From positions 13,764,001 to 13,828,000 of the forward strand of contig NC_043003.1 in the NCBI RefSeq assembly GCF_006345805.1: a DNA stretch of 64,000 nt. Direction: 5' to 3'. Position numbers and translations under genes: made by a program. Positions 51,461 to 64,000 of this stretch are shown in pieces. This DNA comes from Octopus sinensis. Lineage: Eukaryota. The notes beneath the pieces were generated by a model, which saw only the letters and a list, made by a program, of their open reading frames with translations, did no database searches and was not told the DNA's origin. Position 1 is the stretch's first letter. The number at the start of each line of letters is the position of its first letter.

Positions 51461-51982
51461 TTTATATATATATATCCTTTCCAAAACTGCTGAAAGACCG
51501 GTAGTGTGAAGAGAGCAAGTTGCGGTGGTTGTACCTCTATGAGTTGATAACATTTAGTCACACTAAGGATAGAATGACCCATTCCTGCAGAGTTTCTGCA
51601 TTGTCTCAATAGTAGTAGCAGCGTTCAATCTTCATTTGATTCCAGAACAGAGATAGGAGTCGGAGGTTGAAGGAGAAAGAAGTTGCTAGTTTGCTGGAGA
51701 AATAGATAAAGTTTTGTAAAGTCATCAAAAGCTGATAACTTTGATTGTCTGGAATTATTCCAGATAATTATTGTGATATATACTCAGAGAAAAGAAAAGA
51801 AAAGAAGAATGAAGATAAAGACAGAAAGAACGAAAGGAAAGAACTGGGGGGGGGAGAAAAAAGGGAGATGCAGGGAAGGAGAGAGAGGGAGAAGAAACAA
51901 GAAAAATTTGAGAAGATTGTCAGGAAGAAAATAATAGCTTCAAGCTGTTACATTCAGTGGCTGTCAATAGATCTTTATTGTT

Positions 51983-52016
<34 letters not shown>

Positions 52017-52562
52017 AAGAGAGAGCGTGAAGGAGAGAGAGAGAGAGAAAGAAGAAAGTGGAATATACCATAAAAGAAAAGACAGGCATACATTTTAAAT
52101 AAGATGAAAGTATTTACATTTTTCCCTTTGGAGCTAGGACAATAAATTTACAAAGAACAGGTTTCGTAAAACTAGAAATCAAATATCTTATAAAAGAATA
52201 AATATTTAGGAAATACATATATATACATACACACATATATATATATATATATATATAAGAGAAACGTATATTGTTTCCTTTTTAAAAACGTTGCATTATG
52301 TGGGAAGGGTGAACCTTCTGTTGTTACGCGTGAGAGAGGTAGGGAGGAAAAAAAAAAGAGTTTAAAGGTGTCAAGTTTAAAACACAATACAAGCGAGAAA
52401 ATTTTATAACACCACCACAGCAAAAGAGAGTGAAATTGTGGACACTAAACATAGATACAGGGTTAAAGAGAGGTTTAAGAGTCAGCGCTTCAGTTTATAG
52501 TATCAACCTTCTCGATACCAACCTGCTCAAAAACTGCCCTTTGTCCCATGATAACAAACTTC

Positions 52563-52997
52563 GGATCTTTTCGGTTTGAACGGCAGTTTTTTCTAGCGGT
52601 GTCATATGAAATTGTCACCCATAATTATGGCCCTAGTATCGATCTATTGCATTTCAATCTGTTTTAGGGTTAGGGTTAGTTAGGGGTAGGGGGAAGGGTA
52701 TCTTCTTTTCTTCATAAATGTAAATAAACCCAATCTGTTTCTTAAACGAGGGACATATTCATACAGCACAGAATGTTTTTTTTTTTTTACCTCAATAGAT
52801 GTTAGTGATTGGTTGAAATTGCAGAAATTGAAGGAAAAAAACAACAACAAATATCTTACAAACCATAGAATTTTCTCAATAAAGCCAAGAGAAAAAGATG
52901 TTTTATAAACACATTCTACCAGTATACGAAGTTTTAAATTTTTTAGTTACCTAGAAATTAATTATGTTAAAAACTGCCGTTCAAACCGAAAAGATCC
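52563..52997. mobile_element. Non-autonomous DNA transposon with GG termini and 8-bp TSD (Merlin-like)
   Basis: TIR GGATCTTTTCGGTTTGAACGGCAGTTTTT; TSD CAAACTTC on both sides; internal TTAGGG repeats. Confidence 0.8.
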
Positions 52998-54053
52998 CAA
53001 ACTTCCTGTTTTGTAGTGATCTAAATTAAAAACCTGCTTTTAAAATTCCATGTTAATTTATTATATTCCGAACACCAGTTTTATAACAACAGTAAAGTTG
53101 TTTTACCAGATTCTTCTTTATTTCCAAAAAATTAACTTGAAACAAAGGCAGTGTATTTCAACAAAATGTATGGTAACTAAAGGGTTAATAATAGAATAAT
53201 CTTAGCAGTGGCCTGATCTAGATCTAGATTGTGGATGTAGTTGGTTAGCCGACAGTTATACTGGAAGGGTGAGGGCTTAACAAAAATCTTTAAATTACCG
53301 GCTATAATGCTTAAACCTGTTTTCTATCATTTTGCTTGAATTGAACAGGGTAATTCAACAATTCTGAATATTTGTAGAAGCTGTTCAGGCAAGTGTTCTA
53401 TTGAAGTGGGAACGGTGGTATTGTTGTCCAAAGTTGTTGACTAAATGGAGCAAGTAAGATAATGTACCTTGCCTAAGAGTACAATGCAACATTAGAACCA
53501 GTATCTTAGAACAAAATTTTACGGGTCAGTAGATGTTCACCACTTCCTATCTTGCTACTGTGCTTTCATAGTTATGTAAATGAACTTATTTACATTTTTA
53601 TGTCAAATACAACAGCTCTTGTTTTGTCAATGCAGGCTGACAGCTCTCATTCCGCCTAAAAGGTAGGGAAGGTTTTGTGAAGGAATACCAAAGACCATCT
53701 GTCTACATGGCTGATTATGTATCTGTGTGTGTGAGTGCGTGTTTATGAGAGAGAAGGTGGGAGAGACCAGAAGAAATAAAATTAAAACGAAAAATAAAAA
53801 TATAAGTGAGAGAAGAGACAAATGTCGTTCAGTCATCATTTAGCCAGATCCAAGTCAAACCTAACTAAATGATGAGTTGTCCAGCCATGGAGACATATGT
53901 AACCTTTTTATGATTACATTATCTGCCCCCAGAAACCATACACATAACCCCTATATGTAGATAATGTCAGTTATCTCCTCCTAACCTTCTCCAAACGTTA
54001 CCCACCTTTTCCAAATTTATACCAGCCCTCTAAAATCGGCTTCCAATTAAACA

Positions 54054-54495
54054 GGTGCAGGAGTGGCTGTGTGGTAAGTAGCTTGCTCACCAACCACATG
54101 GTTCTGGATTCAGTCCCACTGCGTGACATCTTGGTCAAGTGTCTTCTACTATAGCCTCGGGCCGACCAAAGCCTTGTAGGTGGATTTGATAGACGGAAAC
54201 TGAAAGAAGCCCATCGTATATATGTATGTATATATATATATATATATATTATATATGTATGTGTGTGTATATGTTTGTGTGTCCTTGTTTGTCCCCCCAA
54301 CATCGCTTGACAACCAATGCTGGTGTGTTTACGTCCCTGTAACTTAGCAGTTTGGCAAAAGAGACCGATAGAATAAGTACTAGGCTTACAAAGAATATGT
54401 CCCGGGGTCAATTTGTTCGACTAAAGGCGCTGCTCCAGCATGGCCACAGTCAAATGACTGAAACAAGTAAAAGAGTAAAAGAGAGAGAGTAAAGA
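54054..54495 (+). mobile_element. SINE family A, full length
   Basis: Same motifs as 6714-7138. Confidence 0.85.
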
Positions 54496-55223
54496 GTACA
54501 TGGTGGGATGAAATCCTTTCCATACTGTAGATGATAGCATGCAATTTGAGAAAGATCTGACTGTTACTTCTAGCATACCAAACACCCTACGATTTGCAGA
54601 TGCAGAAAAAAAAAAAACAACATAAAAGTTGAGTATTTCAAAGAGGCTGACCCATTCACTAAAAACCTCCATTGGTGCAGTATACAAAATATGTGAACAA
54701 TATATAAAATATTTGATCGCTTGTTGACAATCACAAAGTGAACAGTGATCAGTGATTTACCATGAGCAGGCCAGCATAAAATAAGTAGAAAAAAAATCAA
54801 TCAGAAAGTGATCTTTACTGGACAATAGTATTGAGAATCTCAAACAAGGACTTGGAGGACATGGGAATGCAGCCACATCAATCACCATTTTCTATAGTTA
54901 CAGCTGTTGGTGTCCATGAAAGTAAATGTTTCTTCAAAAGATTTTTTTAAAATGAACCAACTCAGTGCTTTGTGGTGTTCAGCAACAAAGTAGGTTTTCT
55001 TTCGATAAAGAGGACAATGAAGAAAGCAGGTTTTAGATGAAGAGAAGCAAGTTAGTTCTAAGATAGATGTTTGGTTGTTTAGCTCTAGGTCAGCCCTAAT
55101 TAACACTTTAGCATTTTAACCAGCCATATTCGACCTAGATATTCTATTTGGTTTATGTTTTATGTACAATTTCATTCCAAGAATAAACAATCACATCACT
55201 GAAATCTTGAAGCTGTGAGATAA

Positions 55224-55535
55224 AGACCCCCTTTGGTCACGAATGACTGGATTGCACCCAGAAAGTTACCCTCTGAGATACAAGTCTAGGCAAGGTTGTT
55301 TATGGAAGACCAGCAGTTGCCCATGAATACAAGCCTCCCTTCTCCATGCTAAGTTATCAATGTTATCCAAAGGAAAGGCAAAGATTGATAAATCTTGGCA
55401 CCAGTAACACTGCTACTCATTTCTACAGCTGAGTGCACTGGAGCAACGAGAAATAAAGAGTCTTGCTCAAGAACGCAACACACAACCTGATCTGGGAATC
55501 GAACCCACAATCTCATGATTGTGATTGTTAGATAC
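55224..55535 (-). mobile_element. tRNA-head SINE with RTE-like 3' end (Ceph-SINE-like)
   Basis: B-box-like GGTTCGATTCCC on the minus strand; 13-bp TSD AGCT(G/T)TGAGATAA (55211-23 / 55536-48); interrupts a piggyBac-like MITE. Confidence 0.65.
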
Positions 55536-55810
55536 AGCTTTGAGATAATGCATGATTAATTCAAAACATTGCAAATCAGTGGTGCTTAATTATTTTTCCT
55601 TGTAGCGCCCTCCCCTACTATCCTTTTATCTAGTTGCTATGCCTAGCACCCACCTAAGTTGAAACTGAGGTATCATAATTAAACTAACTTAACACGGATG
55701 AGGATTTATAAATTTTCCTTTAAAGATGGGCAAGTGTCTTCTACTATAGCCTTGGGTTGACCAAAGCCTTGTGAGCAGATTTGATATACAGAAACTGAAA
55801 GAAGCCTGTC

Positions 55811-55878
<68 letters not shown>

Positions 55879-56861
55879 TATCATATATACTCTGCTGAGT
55901 GGTTGGTGTTAAAAAGAGCATCCAGCTGTAAAAATCCTGCCAATACAGACTCAGAAGTCTGGTGCAGGCTTCAGCCTGGCCAGTTCTTGTGGTACTGTCC
56001 CACCCATACTAGCATGGAAGACGGATGTTAAATGATGAAGACATATATACATATATACATGCATATATACATACATGTATATATACATATAATCATATAT
56101 ATATATACATACACATACATATATATACAAATGTAAATATACATACATATATATACATATATAAATATACAGACACACATATATACACATATATACATAC
56201 ATATATACATACATACTTACATACATAAAATTACTTTTAGAAATTATGGAAGACTTAATTATTTGTATGTTTGAAGCATTCACTGAAATTAAACAGATTG
56301 TGTATAAGCATGCAGGAGAGTGCATACATACGAGTGTGTGTATACATATGTATATATACACACAAACACACAAGCATGCTTATTACATGAAAAGACTTCT
56401 TCAATTAACAGCATACGCACATACACCCATGAATATCATATACAGACTCCTTCAGTTCATAACACATACACACACGCGTATTATAATATAAAGATGTCTT
56501 CAATTCATAGCAACTAAGTTAAAAAAGAAGCCATTTCTGTAGCAGGCCAATGGCTCGTCATCAAGTAACTGTGCAATTAAGGAGAGAAAATCCAAAGAAG
56601 TTTTTAATCACACAGCCTGGCAGGATTGTTACCTAGCATTAAGAATAAAGGCAAAAGCTAAGCTACAGAGTCATGTTTTGCAAACAACTATTAACTGTGG
56701 GTATTATTATAAATCTATAGAATGATGGAATCTCTACTTTCATTTGCAGAATGATTATCGGTTTAGAATATAAGGAAAAGAAAGGAAAGAGAGAGAGAGA
56801 GAGAGAGGTCAGTATGAGGATCTCTGCTAAATGCCCAAAAGACATAGCCTACTGCAGACAT

Positions 56862-57600
56862 CCTCATCATCATCGTTTAATGTCCGTTTTCCGTGCTAAC
56901 ATAGGTTGGACAGTTCAACTGGGGTCTGGAAAGCCAGGAAGCTGCACCAGGCTCCAATCTAATCTGGCAGTGTTTCTACAGCTGGATGCCCTTCCTAACA
57001 CCAACCACTCCGCGAGTGTAGTGGGTGATTTTTACGTGCTACCGGCACAGGTGCCAGACGAGGCTGGCAAACGGCCACGATCGGTTGGTGCTTTTACGTG
57101 TCACGAACACGGATGCCAGTCAGGCGGTGCTGGCATCTGCCACATTCGGACGGTGCTTTTAACATGTCACAGCAAACGATAGGACAACAATCACCATCGT
57201 CATCATCATTTAACATCCGTTGTCCATGCTGGCATGAGTTGGACAGTTTGACCAGAGCTGGTAAGCTGAGGGACTGCACCAGACACCAGTCTGATTTGGC
57301 TTGGCTTCTACAGCTGGATGCCCTTCCTAATGCCAACCACTCCAAAAGTGTAATGGGTGCTTTTACATGCTACTGGCATGGGTACCAGCTGCGTGACACC
57401 CAGTATCTGACATGACTGCAATTCCACTTGGCTTGATGGGTCTTCTATTCAAAGCACGGCATATTGCCAAAGGTCTCGGTCATATATCATTGCCTCTGTG
57501 AGGCCTAACACTTGAAAGGTGCTTTTCACATGCCACTGGCCTTGGTCATATTGCCTCCATGAGGCCCAATGCTCGAAAGGTGCTTTTATGTGCCACCTGC
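56862..57600 (-). mobile_element. Two SINE-like family C copies in tandem
   Basis: Tails at about 56862 and 57200. Confidence 0.75.
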
Positions 57601-57685
57601 ATGGGTGAACTATTTGATTCCCAAATTAAAATTTAAAATGAGGGTGAGAAATTAGATATTAATTTAATTAACATCGATTTCACAC

Positions 57686-57946
57686 CATCATCATCATCAT
57701 TGTTCGACCGTGGTCGAGACTTTCATAGTCTTTTCAAATGGCTAATAATGTGTGCGCGTGCCACTACTACACACATTGGAAAGCATTGTACAACCAAGTA
57801 CTAAAGAAGATCTTTCCTCCTCCATGAAACAAAGCTGTTCCCGCTGGACGTCAACCCAGTATTTCTAGCTACGGACCCAGTGATTTATTGTAAGGTTATT
57901 TCCCTAGATAGATTGCCTTCACTACGGCTAAGGAGCCCTTTCTACC
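57686..57946 (-). mobile_element. Bipartite non-autonomous RTE derivative
   Basis: Last 35 nt match the tail of 47859-48047 (GTCTCGACCACGGTC.AACAATGA.GATG) joined to an RTE 5'-UTR-like segment. Confidence 0.6.
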
Positions 57947-57994
57947 CAGTGGTCTAGCATATAAAAAAACTGAAGGTTCAGTAAAATTGTATTA

Positions 57995-58173
57995 TATACA
58001 TATTAGAGGGAAACCACTATGGGGACACCCTTATGCTAGAAATAGATCTGCTATGGTCTTACCACTAAGAAATTGCTAAATTTTTCTTGAAAACATTTCT
58101 TAGTGGTAAGACCATAGCGGATCTATTTCTAGCATAAGGGTGTCCACATAGTGGTTTCCCTCTAATACGTATA
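57995..58173. repeat. Near-perfect 79-bp inverted repeat with 21-nt loop
   Basis: Arms 57995-58073 and 58095-58173 differ at 3 of 79 positions by my manual alignment. Confidence 0.9.
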
Positions 58174-58384
58174 TGATTCCTAAATTAGATAGTAATATGT
58201 ATCAGAAGAAGAAAAATGGGAAGACTCAAAGAATAAAGTGTCAGAGAAAACTAAGGAATGGAAGGTGATGAAGTGTACGGATGCATAAGACATGTTGCTA
58301 AGTTTATTACGTTGTTTTTGAATGTGCTTTAAAAAGATTGATGGTGAAAATAATTGTCTGGCTTTTGAAAAGCTAATATCAGTG

Positions 58385-58985
58385 AATCATGAAAGATATT
58401 TTTGTGAAGTATCTCCATGTGGTTTCAGGTTCAGTCCCAATCGTATGGCACACTGAGCACAAATCTTCTGCTACAGTCCACAGGCTGACCAATGCATTAC
58501 GAGCAAATTTGGCAGACAGAAACTGTAATGAAGCCCATCATGTGTGTGTGTGGCTATGTAGTAAGAAGTTTTCTTCCCAGCCAGATGGTTCTGGGTTCAG
58601 TTCCACTGCATGGCACCTTGGGCCATGTAAAGCCTCAGACTGACCAAAACTTTGTGAGTGGAGTTGGTAGACAAAAACTGAAAGAAGCCCATCATATACA
58701 TATATATATATCTCAAGGCAGTGCTCCAGGATGGCCACAGTCAAATGACTGAAACAAGTAAAAGAGTAAAAGAATATGTGTGTGTGTATCTGTTCTTGGT
58801 TTCTCCCCCTGACCACCACCACCTGCTTATTTCCCTGTAACTTTACAGTTCAACAAAAGAGAGAAACAGAATAAGTACAAGACTTGAAATAAATACAGGA
58901 GTCAAGTCGTTCAACTAAACCCTTCAAGGTCATGCCCCTGGCATGGCTGCAGTCCAATGAGCAAAAACAAGTAGAAGGTTAAGGG
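58385..58985 (+). mobile_element. Tandem or nested diverged SINE family A copies
   Basis: Two heads (about 58400 and 58550) and two tails (about 58720 and 58920). Confidence 0.65.
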
Positions 58986-59359
58986 CAAAAAAGAGTTAAA
59001 TCGTATTTTGAATAATTTGTGAAACCAATTGTTTCCGTTGGAATATTCTATTGTTATCCATTATTTTTTTCCCCATGCACTTGTTGTGCAAACTGCTATT
59101 CTTAAGGGTAAAGAAGAGCGAATTTGGGAAGCATTTAATGGCGCATTTGAAATTTTGATGAATGAAGGAAAGAAAAAAAACATAACTAGCAGGAAATATG
59201 AGACACTACCAAACCGATGGTAAGGAAAAAACAAAAAAAAAAAACTTTAATGCAGTTCTTTGATTTTTGTAGCTGCAAGTTCTTTACTCTAAATCACTGC
59301 GTTACATATTCCTTTCTCTCTCATATATTATCATCTTTGGTAAAGAAAAAAAAAAAAAA

Positions 59360-59414
<55 letters not shown>
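59360..59414. repeat. (AAT)n microsatellite
   Basis: About 18 units. Confidence 0.95.
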
Positions 59415-59419
<5 letters not shown>

Positions 59420-59992
59420 AGATGGCTGTACATATGTGAAAATGGTTTGCATATCAAATCTGAAATGGTCTCTGGAAAAAAAAAAAAATAAGGAATAGAT
59501 GATACGCTGGCAACATTCTGTGGAAGATGCAATCATATTATTTAAGAAAGTGCGGATAAAACAAACAAACAAACAAAACCAAAAATAAAATGAAGTGAAA
59601 CTGAAAAAAACAAACAAAAAAACGTCCTTTCCAATCTTACCATCATTTCTTTGATGATGACAAACCATGATGATAATATTGATACGAATGAATTTCAATA
59701 GATGTTTTGGTAAATTTTACAGAATTTGATGTGGAATAATAAGATTTCTGGTCTTTTTGAAAGCATAGTAGAAGGAAGATTGAAGTAAGAAGCACACCAA
59801 GAAACAGAACCAACAGCAGAATTGATAGTAGTCGGCTGAAGACAATCCATATTTCAATGCATTTGAACTTATTCTTCAAGCTTAGGAATTCACAGAATAT
59901 AAGAAACCAAATGATAACCTTAACTTGGTACAGTAGTCCTGAACACTTTAACTTTAAGGAGATGAGATATAAAATTTCCTTTGTCTATCTAA

Positions 59993-60453
59993 GTGGCATT
60001 TAAAGGGCACCATTCGAGCGTGATCGTTGCCAGCGTCGCCTTACTGGCACTTGTGCCCGTGCTAGTAAGGTGCCAAGAGCACCATCCGAGTGTGATCGTT
60101 GCCAGAGTAGCCAACTGGCTTCCGTGCCAGTGGCACGTAAAAGGGCACCATTTGAGCGTGATCGTTACCAAAGTCACCTTACTGGCACCTGTGCTGGTGG
60201 CATGTGTAAAAGGATTTGAGCGAGGTCGTTGCCAGTACTGCCTGACTGGCCCCCCGTGCCGGTGGCACGTAAAAAAGCACCCACTATACTCTCGGAGTGG
60301 TTGGCGTTAGGAAGGGCATCCAGCTGTAGAAACTCTGCCAAATCAAGATTGGAGACTGGTGCAACCATCTGGTTCGCCAGCCCTCAGTCAAAATCGTCCA
60401 ACCCATGCTAGCATGGAAAGCGGACGTTAAACGTTGATGATGATGATGATGAT
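59993..60453 (+). mobile_element. SINE-like family C, near full length
   Basis: About five head units plus body plus (GAT)n. Confidence 0.8.
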
Positions 60454-61232
60454 CTAAGGAATCTTTCCATTTCAGAAAGGTTTACCTAGCAAGAGAACTG
60501 ATGCTCTGACCTTGTAAGAGAGCCCAGACAAGGGGACTGGATACATAGGTTTTCACAGATACAGAAACACTTGCAATGCCAAAATAACTCTACATAAAGC
60601 AATCTACCAAAATAAGTCTCTGAGTCTTTATATCATATCATGTTCAATTATATCTCTTCATTTAGAGGTCAGTAAATTTTAATTACCTTCACAAAAATAA
60701 ACTTACTCAAGCAAAAATTATCATAATTACTTTTCTTTGTTTTTTTGTTTTTTTTTGGTTTTTGGTTTTCCGTGCAAAACAATAGTTTTCATAATATCTT
60801 GTTCGTTTAATGAATAACTTTATTTATTTCAACTAGAAGTCATAGAAGTGGTTCTATGCAGATGAAAATAGGGTCCAGCTATTTAATTTATTATTTGGCT
60901 CTTTCATCAACATCATCATTTAATGTCTATTTCCCATGCTGGTATGGGTCGGACAACCACTCCTAAGACACTACATCCTTCAAAACTTCCATGCTTTCAC
61001 CTTATTCTCTCCATCCCCATTTCTTCTAGTTCCTCCCATTTTAACTTCAGGCTTTTTCACTGTTCACTTCCTGTGCATATTCTATGTACTGTCCATGCTT
61101 TTTCTGATGAGTTGCAGTGCACCTGAGCACTATATACAATAAGATCATTACTAATTTTAAAGTATAAAGTAGGTTAGTGCCTTCAAACTCTTTGCAAACT
61201 TTGAGAATGGTATCACAATAGAGGACCAATGA

Positions 61233-61633
61233 AGGTGACGAACTGGCAGATATGTTAGCGCACCGGGCAAAATGTGTAGCTGTATTTCATCCGCCGCTAC
61301 GTTGTGAGTTCAAATTCCGCCGAGGTCGACTTTGCCTTTCATCCTTTCGGGGTCAATAAATTAAGTACCAGTTATGCACTGGGGTCGATATAATCGACTT
61401 AATCCGTTTGTCTGTCCTTGTTTGTCCTCTCTGTGTTTAGCCCCTTGTGGGTAGTAAAGAAATAGGTATTTTGTCTGCCACTACGTTCTGAGTTCAAATT
61501 CCACTGAGGTCGACTTTGCCTTTCATCCTTTTGGGGTCAATAAATTAAGTACCAGTTATGCACTGGGGTCGATATAATCGACTTAATCCATTCGTCCTCT
61601 CTGTGTTTTGCCCCTTGTGGGTAGTACAGAAAT
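61233..61633 (+). mobile_element. SINE family B dimer flanked by a 71-bp direct repeat
   Basis: Head plus duplicated body; flanks 61160-61230 and 61634-61704 are near-identical. Confidence 0.8.
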
Positions 61634-62199
61634 AAGTATAAAGTAGGTTAGCGCCTTCAAACTCTTTGCAAACTTTGAGATGGTATGCACAATTCAGGAC
61701 CAATTATTTTGTAAGCAGCATCACTAGCATCACCAGCACTAACAACACCACCATCATCATCATCAGCTTAATCATGCTAAGTAGAGTTACAGAAAAAAGG
61801 TGGTCGTGGTGGTGGTGGATGACAATAGTCGAATGCTATCTGGTTTCATTCCTTCCAGAAAAAGATATTCTGAGTTGTTCTGTTTATGCTCCTCTGGCAA
61901 AAGATTGCCTGTTTCTCGCAGACAATAATTAAGACAAATAACTCGTTTATTTCCTTCCTGCAGCACATCTGACTAGTGAAGTGGACACTTTTTGAGATAA
62001 ACAATATTTGAAATGTTGACATTCAGACATTACTTTCAATTTTTTTTTTTTTTTAAGAAAAAAAAAAAGACAATTAGATTTTTCAAATGCAATTCAATTA
62101 AGATATCTAATTTCCATGATAAATTCTCTCAATACCTGAATAAAATTCCAAGCACTTTTCTTAGGTTCATTATTAGGAAGAAATGCTGAAAAGGTTTCT

Positions 62200-62523
62200 A
62201 ATAGTCTATATGCAATCTTTTAAAACATGTACCTAAGGTTCTATATATACACACATATATTACATATACATACCATAGGTTTCATATATATAAACTAAAC
62301 TACATATAAGGAATATTATGAATGATAATTTTAATTACATCTAACTTTATCATAAATTATAATAGTCTATATGCAATCTTTTAAAACGTGTACTTAAGGT
62401 TCTGTATATACACACATATATTACATCTACATACCATAGGTTTCATATATATAAACTAAACTACATAGAGGGAACATTATGAATGATAATTTTAATTACA
62501 TCTAATTTTATCATAAATTATAA
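62200..62523. repeat. 161-bp tandem duplication
   Basis: AATAGTCTATATGCAATC starts at 62200 and 62361. Confidence 0.9.
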
Positions 62524-62946
62524 TGGCAGAGTGCTACATTCTTTCTCTGCTAAAATCATCATTGGAGAAAGATGAGGACAAAATATGACAGGAGTGAATG
62601 AAGGGAGGGGAAAATGGGTGATTTTTATTTATTTATTTATTTATTTTCTTTTAAAAAATGTTAACCAACAATGGACAGCACACACATTCAAACAAATAGG
62701 TGTGTGAGAGAGAAAGAGTATCAGTTAGTTCATAAGAAAGTTAGCAGAACAAATAATAGCTAGATGTAATATCTTTTATTTTTGTGAAAAAAAGTGAAAA
62801 TTATGAATTAATCAATAATATATCCATTTAAAAGAGATAATTGCATGAAATTAGTGGAAATTATTTTATTTACAGCAACCAATAAGATAGCTAGCTTTGT
62901 ACAGTTGTATTATTAAATGTTGATTATGTTGATTTAGCCATATATG

Positions 62947-62979
<33 letters not shown>

Positions 62980-63399
62980 TTCTTTTTTCAACTATCTTCT
63001 GAAAGAATACAAAACAAATCATCAACTACTTTAGCTACAGCTAAAAACTATAATTTACTAGTAACAGAGATTTATTATTTATTATTTTAAATAAATGTTG
63101 CAGTACAAAGTCTTTGGATTTCTTTCACTTGAACTGTCTCAGTCATTTACTAATAAATAAATGAAACCAACTCGGAGATGTGTCTGTGATATAAAAGAAA
63201 GATTTCACTCTCTTGTTACCATATTTCTATTGAAATACATTTAATTTTATTTCGGTTAATTTTTGGAAATTATGAAGAATTTAGCAAAACAATTATGTCA
63301 TTATTAAACTGGAGTTTAGAACATAAACTAACGAGAAATTTTGATGGAAGATTTTAATTTAGCTCACTTTTAAAATGATAAGTTTTTATCATAAAACCT

Positions 63400-63805
63400 A
63401 TTTCTTTACTACTCACAAGGGGCTAAACACAGAGAGGACAAACAAGGACAGACAAACGGATTAAGTCGACTACATTGACCCCAGTGCATAACTGGTACTT
63501 ATTTAATCGACCCCGAAACGATGATAGGCAAAGTTAACCTCGGCGGAATTTGAACTCAGAACGTAGCGGCAGACGAAATACCTATTTCTTTACTACCCAC
63601 AAGGGGCTAAACACAGAGAGGACAAACAGGGACAGACAAATGGATTAAGCCGATTATATCGACCCCAGTGCGTAACTGGTACTTATTTAATCGACCCTGA
63701 AAGGATGAAAGGCAAAGTCGACCTCGGCGGAATTTGAACTCGGAACGTAACGGCAGATGAAATACCGCTGAGCATTTTGCCCGGTGTGCTAACGATTCTG
63801 CCTAG
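63400..63805 (-). mobile_element. SINE family B dimer inside a piggyBac-like MITE
   Basis: Same dimeric structure as 61233-61633. Confidence 0.8.
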
Positions 63806-64000
63806 CTGATATCAAAAGCCTTAACTCCTTCGTTAGCATATTTCTGTTAAAACACACTTTGTTTCGCTTAATTTTGAAAATAAAGAATTTAGTTAAATAA
63901 CTTGGTCATTATTTAACTGGGATTTGGAGCAAAAACTAAGATGAAATATTGATGAAAAAATTTACTTATAATTTAGATCCCTTTAAAATGGGAAGTTTAT

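Noticed and set aside
6622-54411. Recurrent ORFs such as MLGGQT...RLPNPLTRHWSARGYSRRHL
   Set aside because: Antisense translations of SINE family A copies.

Overview
AT-rich, microsatellite- and repeat-dense eukaryotic DNA. The SINE and MITE families and the (TA)n/(CA)n/(GAT)n landscape point to a coleoid cephalopod, most likely Octopus (inference from pattern recognition, no database search). I could not identify any protein-coding gene with confidence; nearly all ORF-track entries are translated microsatellites or SINE pieces. The window looks like intronic or intergenic sequence. A CpG-retaining, GA/CT-rich segment at about 28.4-36.2 kb may be a promoter/first-exon region of a minus-strand transcript (candidate exons 32077-32164 and 30055-30236). 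The rest is a mosaic of at least four SINE families, RTE and CR1/L2-like LINE fragments, piggyBac-, Tc1/mariner-, hAT- and Merlin-like MITEs, and non-autonomous Helitron and Helentron elements. The most striking signal is a set of about ten type I hammerhead ribozyme motifs from several unrelated sequence families, most in short elements in or next to (TA)n/(CA)n tracts, as expected for Penelope-like derivatives. One copy is canonical with a very long stem II (12405-12494), one is near-intact (24579-24626), two form a divergent (outward-facing) inverted pair (4193-4376), and several are minimal core variants. Other notable features are long near-perfect hairpins and unusually long (60-70 bp) flanking duplications.
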